This document shows, piece by piece, positions 52,865-64,000 of a stretch of 64,000 nucleotides of DNA. The stretch is from an uncultured candidatus Porisulfidus sp. GTDB taxonomy: Bacteria > Pseudomonadota > Gammaproteobacteria > Poriferisulfidales > Poriferisulfidaceae. The stretch spans positions 160,001 through 224,000 of the forward strand of contig CBDASZ010000001.1 in assembly GCA_965199755.1 (NCBI GenBank), read 5' to 3'. Numbering within the stretch: the stretch's first letter is position 1; the number at the start of each line of letters is the position of its first letter. Under the pieces are notes generated by a model that was not told the origin of the DNA, did no database searches, and saw nothing but the letters and a program-made list of their open reading frames with translations. A program made the position numbers and the translations under genes.

Positions 52865-53825
52865 CGGCGAAATAGGCTCTGGCATCGTCGATGTCGCGGG
52901 CGATCTGTTTGCGCAGGTGCTGGACGGATGAAAATTTTTCCTCGGCGCGCAGGCGGCGACAAAACTCCACGGTGAATCGCTTTCCGTACAGATCTCCGGC
53001 AAAGTCTAGCAGATGAACTTCAATAACAAGGCGTGTGCCATCGACCGTGGGACGGACTCCGACATTGGCGACTGCAGGGTATTCCTGATCTGCGCTATGC
53101 GCCAGCACCGCGAACACGCCTCGCACCGGTGGTATATGTGGGAAATCAAGATTGGCGGTCGGGAAGCCGATTTCGCGCCCGCGGGCGTCACCGCGAATGA
53201 CTGTTGCACTGATGGCGTAAGGATGACCAAGCAGATCCACGGCCAGATCAATGTCTCCGGCACTTAAGGCTTCGCGGATTCGGGTGCTGCTGATGCGCAG
53301 TTGGTTTCCAGCATCGTCGGCGTGGTCGATCGTGGTGGTGAGTTCGAACTCGAAGCTGTAATTTCCGGACTCTTTTATTAGCAGTCCTACATCACCTTCG
53401 CGACCGCGCCCGAACCGAAAATCCTCACCTACCGTCAAGTAGCGCGTATTCAGTTGGCCCCACAGAAAATTCCGTATGAATTCATGAGCGCTTATATTGG
53501 AGAGCATATCATTGAACGGGAGGACGGCGATGTTATCCAGTTGTGGGCAGTGCGTGTCAATCAGTTGGGCCTTGTCCTCCAGTGCGCTGATGCGTGGCGG
53601 CGCATTATTGCCAAAAAAGAACTCTTGCGGAGAAGGCTCGAAACTCAGCAACAGGGATTGCAGCCCGCGTTCCTTTGCGGTGGCAGTGAGTTGTTGCAGC
53701 ACTGCCTGATGGCCGCGGTGGAGGCCGTCGTAATTACCGATGGTGACCGCGCGCGGGAACGGCCTGAGGTCCATAAGGGATTGCACCCGGTGGTATCCGG
53801 GGCAATCGTCAGGCAACAGGCTCAT
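52854..53825 (-). CDS. ribF: bifunctional riboflavin kinase/FAD synthetase
   Basis: TIGNYDGLHRGHQ, VGEDFRFG, ISSTRIR, GFPTAN; start uncertain (53825 or 53774). Confidence 0.95.
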   Translation of the reverse strand: MSLLPDDCPGYHRVQSLMDLRPFPRAVTIGNYDGLHRGHQAVLQQLTATAKERGLQSLLLSFEPSPQEFFFGNNAPPRISALEDKAQLIDTHCPQLDNIAVLPFNDMLSNISAHEFIRNFLWGQLNTRYLTVGEDFRFGRGREGDVGLLIKESGNYSFEFELTTTIDHADDAGNQLRISSTRIREALSAGDIDLAVDLLGHPYAISATVIRGDARGREIGFPTANLDFPHIPPVRGVFAVLAHSADQEYPAVANVGVRPTVDGTRLVIEVHLLDFAGDLYGKRFTVEFCRRLRAEEKFSSVQHLRKQIARDIDDARAYFADAA

Positions 53826-55395
53826 CGTGACTGGAAGTGGAGATCGCGCGGAACTGGTGCGGGCGGATTCCCATGGCAAGCAGGGAGACCAGATAGAGGA
53901 CGGAGCCCAAGGCGATCAAAAAGAGCAAATGCAGCAGGCGTTCCCAGAAGGGCCAAGCGGCCCACTCGCTGGTGGATGGGATCAGCAAAAACAGGATGCT
54001 GCCCATGATAATGCAGGCAAGACCCGCTTGGAGGGTTAGGCGGCTTGTCTGACGCGCGACGCGGTAGTGTCCGCGTGTGCGTAGTCCTTTGTAGAGAAGA
54101 GCGGCGTTGAGGTAGGCGGCCAGCGCGGTCGCCATTGCCAGTCCGGTATGCGCGCCGGGTTCGTCGGTCGCCAGCCAGCCGAGTACGAATACGCCTGTCA
54201 GCACCATATTGGCCAGCATGGCGATGACGCCGATTTTGACCGGGGTGCGGGTGTCCTGATGGGCGAAGAAGCCGGGCGCGAAGACTTTGATCATGATGTA
54301 AGCGGGCAGGCCGAGTGCGAAGGCGGCCAGTGACAAGCCGGCCATTTGCGTGTCAAACATCGAAAATTCGCGGTACTGCAGCAGTGTAATCAGAATCGGC
54401 TCGGCCAGCAATACCAGACCCACGGTTGAAGGCAGCGCCACTATCAGCCCGACGCGCACGCCCCACTCAATGCTTTCTTGAAATCCCTCGGTGTCATCAT
54501 GCTCGCGGCATTGCGCGAGTTTCGGCAGCAGCACCGTACCCATGGAGACACCGAACAATGCGAGCGGTAATTCCACAAAACGGTCTGAAAGGTATAGCCA
54601 ACTGATGCTGCCGACGGCGAGGAATGAAGCGACCAGCGTGTCGAACAGCAGATTGATTTGCACCACGGAGGAGCCGAACAAAGCAGGCAGCATGAGTTTG
54701 GCGATGCGCCGAAATCCGCTGTGCTGCCAGTCCCAGCGCGGGCGCGGTAGCAGACCATGGCGAATCAGTGCTGGTAGTTGCACGGCCAACTGCAGAACGC
54801 CGGCGGCAAATACGCCCCAAGCCAAGGCGTAGACGGGTTGCTCCATCATCGGTGCGAGCCACATCACGGCCGCGATCATGGAGAGGTTGAGTACGGCCGG
54901 GGTCAGGGCCGGCAGCGCGAAGCGGCCGATGGCATTCAGCATGCCCCAAGCCATGGCGGTCAGCGAGATAAACAGTACATACGGGAATGTGATCTGCAGC
55001 AGATCCACGGCCATGTCAGCGCGCGGGTCATTGTCGAGTGAGAAGCCTGGCGCGAAAATCAAAATCAATACCGGTGCTGCCAAGATGCCGATGGTGGTGA
55101 TGACGAGCAGCACGACGGCTAAAGCGCCGGAAGTCGCGTCAATCAGTGAGCGCAGTTGCTCCGGGCGTTTCTCGCGGTATTCCGTGAATACGGGCACGAA
55201 GGCTTGTGAGAAGGCACCTTCCGCAGACAGGCGGCGCAGGAAGTTTGGAATGCGAAAGGCGACAATGAAGGCGTCCAGCGCACCGTGGGCGTTGCTGATG
55301 AAGATGAAAATGGCCGCGTCACGGGCATAGCCCAGCACGCGCGACAGCGCAGTCATTACGGCGGTGGTTGCCAAGGCGCGGAATAAACGGATCAT
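53809..55395 (-). CDS. murJ: lipid II flippase
   Basis: SRVLGYARD, AFRIPNFLRRLSAEGAFSQAFVP, ELPL..FG. Confidence 0.96.
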   Translation of the reverse strand: MIRLFRALATTAVMTALSRVLGYARDAAIFIFISNAHGALDAFIVAFRIPNFLRRLSAEGAFSQAFVPVFTEYREKRPEQLRSLIDATSGALAVVLLVITTIGILAAPVLILIFAPGFSLDNDPRADMAVDLLQITFPYVLFISLTAMAWGMLNAIGRFALPALTPAVLNLSMIAAVMWLAPMMEQPVYALAWGVFAAGVLQLAVQLPALIRHGLLPRPRWDWQHSGFRRIAKLMLPALFGSSVVQINLLFDTLVASFLAVGSISWLYLSDRFVELPLALFGVSMGTVLLPKLAQCREHDDTEGFQESIEWGVRVGLIVALPSTVGLVLLAEPILITLLQYREFSMFDTQMAGLSLAAFALGLPAYIMIKVFAPGFFAHQDTRTPVKIGVIAMLANMVLTGVFVLGWLATDEPGAHTGLAMATALAAYLNAALLYKGLRTRGHYRVARQTSRLTLQAGLACIIMGSILFLLIPSTSEWAAWPFWERLLHLLFLIALGSVLYLVSLLAMGIRPHQFRAISTSSHDEPVA

Positions 55396-55615
55396 CCCCG
55401 GGGGCTTCTGTGGGAGCGAAAAGGCGACGGATCGCCGGTGACTTGGAAGTTCAGTGCGGCTTCGATTGAAGGATTCGAAGGGGTTCAATTATAAGGCTCA
55501 GGAAGAAATGTTGTCGAAACGAGTACTTGCATTACACAATGCAACTAGGATCAAGACTCCCGTAATATAATTGCCTTTCCTAGACTCCAAAAGCGTTCAG
55601 CAACCGCCTGGTTTT

Positions 55616-55985
55616 ATGAAGGTTCACGAAACCAAACTCATTAAATTTCTTAAACAAAGACGAACCTGCACAATTCTCGATTCCTATCTACCAGCGCAAG
55701 TATAGTTGGGGAAAGCCGGAATGCAAACAACTTTGGGATGACATTCGGAGAGCGGGTTCCAATCCTATGCGGCAACTCATTTCACTGGTTATATAGTCTA
55801 TATAGACCCAGGCCTTAATACAAGGCGGGTTAGCCGAATTGGTAGTAATTGATGGTCAGCAGCGTTTGACGACCTGATGCTTTTACTTGAAGCACTTGGG
55901 CGACACATTGAAAATTAAAGATTATGGAGCAGTAGTGGGAAAAGGGTTTTCTGCTAACGATATTCGCAGCAAATACTTAAAAATA
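55616..55985 (+). pseudogene. DUF262 (GmrSD-type) protein, 5' fragment, frameshifted and IS-interrupted
   Basis: IPIYQRKYSW..CKQLWDDI, HFTGYIVY and VIDGQQRLTT motifs spread over shifted frames. Confidence 0.8.
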
Positions 55986-56009
55986 GGGAATTATATACAA
56001 TGTTATCCA
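55986..56009. repeat. terminal inverted repeat at the passenger end of the IS1595 element
   Basis: GGGAATTATATACAATGTTATCCA; pairs with 58609-58632. Confidence 0.88.
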
Positions 56010-56878
56010 TAAGGTATCTCGTGGCGAGAAAGTGATTGCGGGCACCCCTCTAACTGCACATCAAATTTAAGGGATGGGAGTATTTTACTTTCTGCGTTAT
56101 GCACACGGAATGATACCTGCCAACCACGATCCATGGTCATTATTGCCGTTGTCTTACTTCTTGGTTTCATTGAGATTTCAACTATCCTTTTAGGCATGGG
56201 AATCCGGCTACCCCATTGCAGATTTCCGCTCATATTAAATGACTGGATTGAGATATGACCGTTTTCTTTAATAATCTTGTAAAAATCGTGCCTACCAAGT
56301 AAATATCGCAACATCTTTTCCGGGTCGGCATTTTCTTCTATTTCCCTGATAAAAGCATTCAGAAGAGGTATATAGACTCCCTCATGTTTATCGTCTAGGT
56401 CGCGCCACAACTGACCTGTTTTCTTTTGCAACTTGTGGAAAACAGGCAATACTGCTTCCCAGTACTTTGTAGTGCAATGCTGACCATACCAAATTTCCCC
56501 GAAATCTAACTGGTCTGATAAACGGGGGTGCTTAAGTGCCTTGTGCCGATGTTTTGCTGATATGCCAATAATTGTCTCTGGTGTGTATATGAGAATATCC
56601 CGAACATCCCCAGACTGACCCGTGCTGTCCGCTTGCAACTCTATCCGTCGAGCATCCAATAAGCGAGAGTCATGTGTGCGTAGGAAAACCACGGCCTCGC
56701 CTGCCGCACGATCAATACGGCGGCGGTCATTGTTGTTAAGCAAGTCGTATGAATTTTGGGACTTGTTCCCCGCCCCATTTACTACTAGATTGATCTCGTT
56801 ATTCAAGACATCTACAAATTGACGGGCTAACCCATACTCCCAAGCCTTGCCGCTTTCAGTCTGAGTTATCTTCTTCAT
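56003..56878 (-). CDS. type II restriction endonuclease, HaeIII family
   Basis: GKAWEY, GDVRDILI, GISAKH..KHPRLS..DFG..WYG, YLLG..DFYKII, GWQVSFRVHNA, SLKFDVQL; start MKKITQ 1 nt after the MTase stop. Confidence 0.8.
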   Translation of the reverse strand: MKKITQTESGKAWEYGLARQFVDVLNNEINLVVNGAGNKSQNSYDLLNNNDRRRIDRAAGEAVVFLRTHDSRLLDARRIELQADSTGQSGDVRDILIYTPETIIGISAKHRHKALKHPRLSDQLDFGEIWYGQHCTTKYWEAVLPVFHKLQKKTGQLWRDLDDKHEGVYIPLLNAFIREIEENADPEKMLRYLLGRHDFYKIIKENGHISIQSFNMSGNLQWGSRIPMPKRIVEISMKPRSKTTAIMTMDRGWQVSFRVHNAESKILPSLKFDVQLEGCPQSLSRHEIPYG

Positions 56879-56879
56879 A

Positions 56880-57713
56880 TTAGAGATTGACGATAAGAAC
56901 TTCCTTTGATTGTTTGTCGCCGGACATTCCATAATTCCAAGATGGTGTAAGTATATCGTATTGGCTATACATCTGTCTGATTTTTTTGCTGTCGTTGTAA
57001 CTCATTATCCAGCCATTTCTCTGCTTCAATTCTTCTGCAAGTTCCTCGTGGTTAAATCCTTCATGCATATCGCCGCGGTCGCCGTATAACTTTTCACCAT
57101 TAGCATAGGGAGGGTCAAGGTAGAGTAATTTTTCAGAATGACGCTTGATTGTGTCTTTGTAATCAGCATAACGCACATTCAAGTTGCGGGCGCGGAAATC
57201 GCGCAATCTCTCTATCGCACTGGGTGTAAAACGAGGATGCCCCGGAGACATCCCACCAGATAGCGTAGTACCAGAAAAAGACGATCGATTCAGCACATAA
57301 AAAACGGCCGCTCTATCTAGCGCATCTGTAATATCTTCATAACCCTTCTGCAAATTGTAGAACTTTGTCTTTGTTAGGGGGTGATAAACACGGACGTGCT
57401 CGGCAAGTAAAACAGGACTGTTTTTCGCGTGTCGCCAGAAATTCACAAGTGGCTCAAAAGCATCTGCTCCATAAACCTTTATTCCGTCTGCGGCACAAGA
57501 CAACTCAACACTGCCCCCTCCTAAAAATGGTGCAGCTATCTTGTCTGTTCCCTCTGGAATGTATGCCTTGATCGTCTCGACTGCTCGGAACTTCCCACCG
57601 GGATAACGGAGAGGAGATTTTGCGCTGTGCGGCAAGCGTGGTGTCGATACAACACGAGATAGTGCAGGTTCAAATCCTCCTGCCAACCCCGGAATTACAC
57701 TCGGAGTTCTCAT
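56880..57713 (-). CDS. Dam/D12-like alpha-class amino-DNA methyltransferase (predicted GGm4CC)
   Basis: KSPLRYPGGK, PFLGGGSV (motif I), NRSSFSG, YLDPPY (motif IV), WIMSYND, KEVLIVN. Confidence 0.88.
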   Translation of the reverse strand: MRTPSVIPGLAGGFEPALSRVVSTPRLPHSAKSPLRYPGGKFRAVETIKAYIPEGTDKIAAPFLGGGSVELSCAADGIKVYGADAFEPLVNFWRHAKNSPVLLAEHVRVYHPLTKTKFYNLQKGYEDITDALDRAAVFYVLNRSSFSGTTLSGGMSPGHPRFTPSAIERLRDFRARNLNVRYADYKDTIKRHSEKLLYLDPPYANGEKLYGDRGDMHEGFNHEELAEELKQRNGWIMSYNDSKKIRQMYSQYDILTPSWNYGMSGDKQSKEVLIVNL

Positions 57714-58546
57714 CGCACTAATTCGGTATAGTGGAGTTCAGTTCCTGTGCCGCCTGTTACCGTGTGCTCTATCTTCGCAAGAGTTCCCTGTTTCCGCATA
57801 TTATGCCGTGTTAAAAACTCATCAATGTAGCGGTGCAAGTGCTTCTGTGACATTGAATGATGAGTGCCATAGCGTCCACGCTTCAATAGCGCCCAGAAGG
57901 ACTCAATGCCGTTGGTATGCGCCATATCACGCACATACTCTCCAACGCTATGGCACACTGCGCTATGATCAAAATCAACCATGCCAAGATAACTCCTGTA
58001 GTCATCAGTATAAACTACTTTCCCCCCTTCGTGGCCTCCCGGACAAATCCCTGCAACTCGTTGTTGTCAGTGTGTTGCACATGACGCGCTTGAACTTTTC
58101 CACCTCGCCGAGTATGTGTGCCGACAACAGCAGCTTTCCCAACAGCACCGCGTCCAGCACGAAGTTTCTTGTTGGAGTGCTTGTTCTTCTTCTTTCCCCC
58201 AATGTATGTTTCATCAACTTCTACTGGGCCAGTGATCAAACCACCCATCTGCTCCCATGCTTTGCGAATGCGGTGTGCTAGAAACCATGCTGATGTTTGT
58301 TGTGCCATAATCGTGTTGGTTCGCACACTGAAATGTTGTCTGCATGAGCGACAACGGAATGGCTGGGGCTTGCGGTTTCTAGTCTCGGCTATATTCTCAC
58401 TGCTACACTTGGGGCAAACTGGCTCCTCTCTCCACCGCAACTCAATCAAATATCTTTCGGCGGTTTGTTCGTTAGGGATTCGTTGCAGAAACTACGCACA
58501 TGCTGATTTCGTTATTCGGCTTGTATGTGTCGGTCTTTTTAGGCAT
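57710..58546 (-). pseudogene. IS1595-family transposase, frameshifted and internally deleted
   Basis: CPKC..RCRSC..FSVRT zinc ribbon, VEVDETYIGG, YTDD, HTNGIESFWALLKRG, HLHRYIDEF; frameshifts near 58493 and 58020. Confidence 0.88.
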
Positions 58547-58608
58547 GGGTTAACTCCGTTGTATGGCTAACATTGCTACCATACTATGAAGCAGATTTCA
58601 AGCTCGGT

Positions 58609-58632
58609 TGGTTAGCATTGTATATAGTTCCC
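58609..58632. repeat. terminal inverted repeat at the transposase end of the IS1595 element
   Basis: TGGTTAGCATTGTATATAGTTCCC. Confidence 0.88.
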
Positions 58633-59106
58633 TAAAAATAGATGGCCGTACCAAACTTCTTTTGAATCAGGTAGATGAAGGCAGTCTGACTGCTATATTG
58701 ATAAATCGAGAGTTTCCCCAGGGGGTCAGACCGAATTAGCGAAAATTTTGAGTACTTTGATCAGGAAATTAGGGAACTTGATGCCACTGAATTGAGAGAA
58801 CTTTGTGGCGGGTTAAGAAAACTTATAGTTATTAGTGTCGGTGTTGGGCCGGGGGACGATAATCCTCAAAGAATCTTTGGAAGTATGAACGCAAAAGGAC
58901 TAGAGCTGACGCAGGCTGACAAGATTCTCAATTTTATCCTCATGGATTTAGAACTGGGCAAGCAAGAGGAATTATATGAAGATTACTGGCTAAAAATGGA
59001 ACAAGAGTTTGGGCAAGAAGAATATAGAGAAAGGTTTGATATGCTTATCTCCCCAAACTCCCGCAGAATATACGGCTTGCTAATGGTGAAAATTTTGTCT
59101 ATATAA
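58633..59106 (+). pseudogene. DUF262 (GmrSD-type) protein, 3' fragment, truncated
   Basis: DDNPQRIFGSMNAKGLELTQADKILNF matches the IFESxN..G..L...DL motif; continues the 5' fragment in frame once the IS is removed. Confidence 0.78.
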
Positions 59107-59344
59107 GCCATCAGGGCATCAGTCTCGGATAAGTTACGGGGCTACCGCTTATTATGCGGACAGGTTATTGCGCCTACCCCCCGGTACTCTCACTTTATCA
59201 TGCTCCCAAGGCGCGTCCGTGAATACAAATGCGGCGCTTTAGATGCCGCCAGAAGATCAAAACAAAGCCTGTCTAAAATGCCTGGCAACAGTATTTGCAG
59301 GCAAATACTGGCACCCCACAATAAATGCACAGCCTAGTGCGCTG

Positions 59345-59353
59345 TGCTAAAAT
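59345..59353 (+). promoter_or_regulatory. putative extended -10 promoter of the atp operon
   Basis: TGCTAAAAT (TGn + TAAAAT) about 70 nt upstream of atpI; the same 9-mer lies upstream of rpsP. Confidence 0.45.
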
Positions 59354-59420
59354 TCATCGCGCAAATTGAAGGTGTCGCGGGAGCAATCCACGATGCCGGG
59401 GATGCGCCACCGTAAAGGCC

Positions 59421-60651
<1,231 letters not shown>

Positions 60652-60662
60652 CGGATTTTTAA

Positions 60663-60932
<270 letters not shown>

Positions 60933-60952
60933 TCCCGCTGAGTGCGTAACTC

Positions 60953-61423
60953 ATGAACATCAATCTCACCATCATCGGTCAGGCGATATCGTTCGCGATT
61001 TTCGTCTGGTTCTGCATGCGTTTCGTATGGCCGCCGGTGATCAACGCACTGGAGGCGCGCAAGAAGCGCATTGCGGACGGCTTGGCGGCTGCCGAAGCGG
61101 CCGCGGCCGATCGCGAGCGTGCCGCACAAGAGGCGACGCAGACCACGGGCGAGGCACGCGAGGAGGCCACGCGCATTCTGGCGCAAGCCGAGCGCCGCGC
61201 CGATGAGATTGTCGCCGAAGCCAAACAGGAAGCCGAAGCCGTTGCTGAGCGCACCACGGCGCGTGCGCAAGCCGAGATAGAACAGCAGGAACAGCAGGCG
61301 CGCGAGCGGCTGCGTTCGGAAGTGTCGACGCTGGCCGTCGCAGGCGCTGAAGCGGTGTTGCGTCGTGAAGTGGACGCGGACGCGCATGCGCAGGCGTTAG
61401 AAGAGGTCGCGGGACGACTGTGA
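60953..61423 (+). CDS. atpF: ATP synthase F0 subunit b
   Basis: [19 protein letters not shown]. Confidence 0.97.
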   Translation: MNINLTIIGQAISFAIFVWFCMRFVWPPVINALEARKKRIADGLAAAEAAAADRERAAQEATQTTGEAREEATRILAQAERRADEIVAEAKQEAEAVAERTTARAQAEIEQQEQQARERLRSEVSTLAVAGAEAVLRREVDADAHAQALEEVAGRL

Positions 61424-61950
61424 GCGCCATCACCACAGCCCGGCCTTATGCCCGCGCGGTGTTTGCGCACGCCCGGGAGCATGACGCGCTGGGCGGGTTG
61501 TCGGACATGCTGCGTCTGGCGGCGGATCTGGTGGAAGAGCCGCGGCTGCAGACCTTGCTGAAAGACCCCCGACTGACGCGCGAGCGGCGCGTGGACATGA
61601 TGCTGGCCTTGGGCGCTGAGCGTTTCGATGCCGCCATGCAACAGTTTCTGCGCGTACTTGGTGAGCGCGACCGTCTGCTGGTGCTGCCCCAGATACTGGA
61701 GCAATTCGAGGCATTACGCGCGGATCAGGAACAACGCCTGAGCGCGGAGGTCATCAGCGCAATGGAACTTGACGAGACCCAGCAGGAGCGCATCCGCTCC
61801 GAGTTGGCGGAGCGCACCGGGCGCACCGTCGAGTTGGTCTCGCAACTTGACGAACAACTGCTGGGCGGTGCGGTGATCCGCGCTGGCGACCGGGTGCTGG
61901 ATGCCTCTCTTCAGGGGCGCTTGCAACGGCTCGCGCAAAGCCTGGCCTAA
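61420..61950 (+). CDS. atpH: ATP synthase F1 subunit delta
   Basis: [21 protein letters not shown]. Confidence 0.95.
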   Translation: MSAITTARPYARAVFAHAREHDALGGLSDMLRLAADLVEEPRLQTLLKDPRLTRERRVDMMLALGAERFDAAMQQFLRVLGERDRLLVLPQILEQFEALRADQEQRLSAEVISAMELDETQQERIRSELAERTGRTVELVSQLDEQLLGGAVIRAGDRVLDASLQGRLQRLAQSLA

Positions 61951-61978
61951 ATCAATTGGAATATCGGAGTAAGACCGA

Positions 61979-63523
61979 ATGTCTGCCTTAAACCCGACAG
62001 AAATATCAGAACTGATCAAACAGCGGATTGCCGAATTTGATGTGGCTCCGCAAGCGGCCAGCGAAGGCACCGTGGTGATGGTCACCGACGGCATCCTGCG
62101 CATTCATGGTCTGCAGGACGTCATGTCCGGCGAGATGATCGCCTTGCCGGGCGACAGTTACGCCATCGCGCTGAATCTGGAGCGTGACTCGGTGGGCGCT
62201 GTGGTGCTCGGCGATTATCGCCATATCAGCGAAGGCGACACCGCGCGCTGCACCGGACGCATTCTCGAAGTCCCCGTAGGCCGGGAACTACTCGGGCGGG
62301 TGGTCAACTCGCTGGGTGAGCCGATTGACGGCAAGGGCGCGCTGGACTGTAAGGATCGCTCGCCGATTGAGAAAATCGCCCCCGGTGTGATCGAGCGCCA
62401 GTCGGTCAGCCAGCCGGTACAGACCGGACTGAAGTCCATTGACGCCATGGTGCCGATCGGTCGCGGTCAGCGCGAACTGATCATCGGTGACCGCCAGACC
62501 GGCAAGACCGCGCTGGCGATTGACACCATCATCAATCAGAAGGGCGCGGACCTGACCTGCATTTATGTGGCGATCGGGCAGAAAGCCTCCTCCATCGCTG
62601 GCGTGGTCAGCAAACTTGAAGAGCACGGTGCGCTGGAGCACACCATTGTGGTTGCCGCCTCCGCATCAGAATCCGCCGCGATGCAATACATCGCGCCTTA
62701 CGCCGGTTGCGCCATGGGCGAGTTCTTCCGCGACCGCGGTGAAGACGCACTGATCATCTATGACGATCTGACCAAGCAGGCATGGGCCTATCGCCAGGTC
62801 TCCCTGCTGCTGCGTCGCCCGCCGGGCCGCGAAGCCTATCCGGGTGATGTGTTCTACCTGCACTCGCGACTGTTGGAACGCGCCTCGCGTGTGAACGCGA
62901 AGTACGTCGAGGATCTGACCGACGGTGAGGTGACCGGACGCACCGGCAGTCTGACCGCCTTGCCGGTGATTGAAACTCAGGCCGGTGACGTCTCGGCATT
63001 CGTGCCGACCAATGTGATCTCGATTACGGACGGCCAGATCTTCCTGCAAACGGACTTGTTCAACGCGGGCTTTCGCCCGGCCATCAACGCCGGCCTGTCG
63101 GTCTCGCGCGTCGGTGGTGCCGCGCAGACCCCCCTGATCAAGAAGTTGGGAGGCGGTGTGCGTCTGGCGCTGGCGCAGTACCGCGAACTCGCGGCCTTCT
63201 CGCAGTTCGCCTCTGATCTGGACGAGCAGACGCGCAAGCAGTTGGAGCGTGGTGAGCGGGTCATGGAGTTGATGAAGCAGGCGCAATACCGCCCGATGAA
63301 CATCGCGGACATGGCGCTGTCATTGTTCGCGGTCAACGAAGGCTGGCTTGATGAAGTGGCAGTGGACAAGGTGCGCGCTTTCGAGGCGGCCTTGCACAGT
63401 TACGCAAACGCCGAGCATGCCGAGTTCCTGCAAGAGCTGAACGAATCCGGTGCCTACGACGACGGCATCAAGGAACGTTTCGGGGAAATCCTCAAGACCT
63501 TCACCGAGACGCAGAGCTACTAA
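61979..63523 (+). CDS. atpA: ATP synthase F1 subunit alpha
   Basis: [29 protein letters not shown]. Confidence 0.98.
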   Translation: MSALNPTEISELIKQRIAEFDVAPQAASEGTVVMVTDGILRIHGLQDVMSGEMIALPGDSYAIALNLERDSVGAVVLGDYRHISEGDTARCTGRILEVPVGRELLGRVVNSLGEPIDGKGALDCKDRSPIEKIAPGVIERQSVSQPVQTGLKSIDAMVPIGRGQRELIIGDRQTGKTALAIDTIINQKGADLTCIYVAIGQKASSIAGVVSKLEEHGALEHTIVVAASASESAAMQYIAPYAGCAMGEFFRDRGEDALIIYDDLTKQAWAYRQVSLLLRRPPGREAYPGDVFYLHSRLLERASRVNAKYVEDLTDGEVTGRTGSLTALPVIETQAGDVSAFVPTNVISITDGQIFLQTDLFNAGFRPAINAGLSVSRVGGAAQTPLIKKLGGGVRLALAQYRELAAFSQFASDLDEQTRKQLERGERVMELMKQAQYRPMNIADMALSLFAVNEGWLDEVAVDKVRAFEAALHSYANAEHAEFLQELNESGAYDDGIKERFGEILKTFTETQSY

Positions 63524-63549
63524 GCGAACGGGATCGAACGGGCAGCATC

Positions 63550-64000
63550 ATGGCGGGCGAGAAAGAAATTCGCGGCAAGATCGAGAGTATTCGCAATACT
63601 CAGAAGATCACCAAGGCGATGGAGATGGTGGCCGCCAGCAAGATGCGCCGCGCCCAGGATCGCATGGCAGCGACGCGCCCTTACGCTGAACGAATCCGTC
63701 AGGTGATCGGCAATCTGGCGCATGCGCGATCAGAGTATCGCCATCCGTTTCTGGAGGCGCGCGAGGAAGTGCGCAGTGTCGGCTACATTGTCATGTCGAC
63801 TGACCGTGGCCTGTGCGGTGGCCTCAACGTCAATCTGTTCAAAGCGGTGGTGCGTGAGATTCATGAATGGCGCGAGAAGGACGTGTCGGTGCGTCTGTGC
63901 ATCCTCGGTGCCAAGGGCATGGCCTACTTCAAGCGATTGCGTGATGTGGAGATCGTGGCGCAAGCGGCGCATCTCGGCGACGCGCCGAAACTCGAAGAGA
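63550..64000 (+). CDS. atpG: ATP synthase F1 subunit gamma, 3'-truncated by the window edge
   Basis: [40 protein letters not shown]. Confidence 0.96.
   Translation, partial: MAGEKEIRGKIESIRNTQKITKAMEMVAASKMRRAQDRMAATRPYAERIRQVIGNLAHARSEYRHPFLEAREEVRSVGYIVMSTDRGLCGGLNVNLFKAVVREIHEWREKDVSVRLCILGAKGMAYFKRLRDVEIVAQAAHLGDAPKLEE

Larger units (their letters stand above)
55986..58632 (-). mobile_element. IS1595-family transporter IS carrying restriction-modification passenger genes
   Basis: 24-bp TIRs GGGAATTATATACAATGTTATCCA / GGGAACTATATACAATGCTAACCA (21/24); 8-bp direct repeat TAAAAATA at 55978-55985 and 58633-58640; IS1595 transposase remnants inside. Confidence 0.9.

Noticed and set aside
56880-57713. 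Calling the methyltransferase a housekeeping Dam (GATC)
   Set aside because: It is IS cargo coupled to a HaeIII-like nuclease, and oriC has no GATC sites

Overview
A GC-rich gammaproteobacterial chromosome segment spanning the replication origin. Core genes: complete nuoA-N operon, rpsT, dnaA-[oriC]-dnaN-recF-gyrB (two parS sites inside recF), prlC, xth, queG, a Fur-boxed Fe3+ ABC transporter, rpsP-rimM-trmD-rplS, rpoD, mutY, asmA, moaC, cysG, murJ-ribF-ileS-lspA and atpIBEFHAG', plus tRNA-Val(GAC) and tRNA-Ile2(CAT). Several normally conserved gene neighbourhoods are broken. The main accessory feature is an AT-rich island at about 55.5-59.1 kb. There, a 2647-bp IS1595-family transporter element (24-bp terminal inverted repeats, 8-bp TAAAAATA target duplication, decayed transposase) carries an apparently intact restriction-modification pair: a HaeIII-family endonuclease and a Dam-like DPPY amino-methyltransferase, predicted to make GG(m4C)C. 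The element is inserted into a DUF262/GmrSD-type gene that is now a pseudogene. Smaller oddities: rimM has no canonical start codon and is in frame with the rpsP stop, a 25-aa transmembrane smORF missed by the ORF track, several near-leaderless genes, a divergent RpoD, and an internally deleted AlbA/Schlafen-ATPase relic next to tRNA-Ile2. All family assignments come from motif recognition by eye; no database searches were run.
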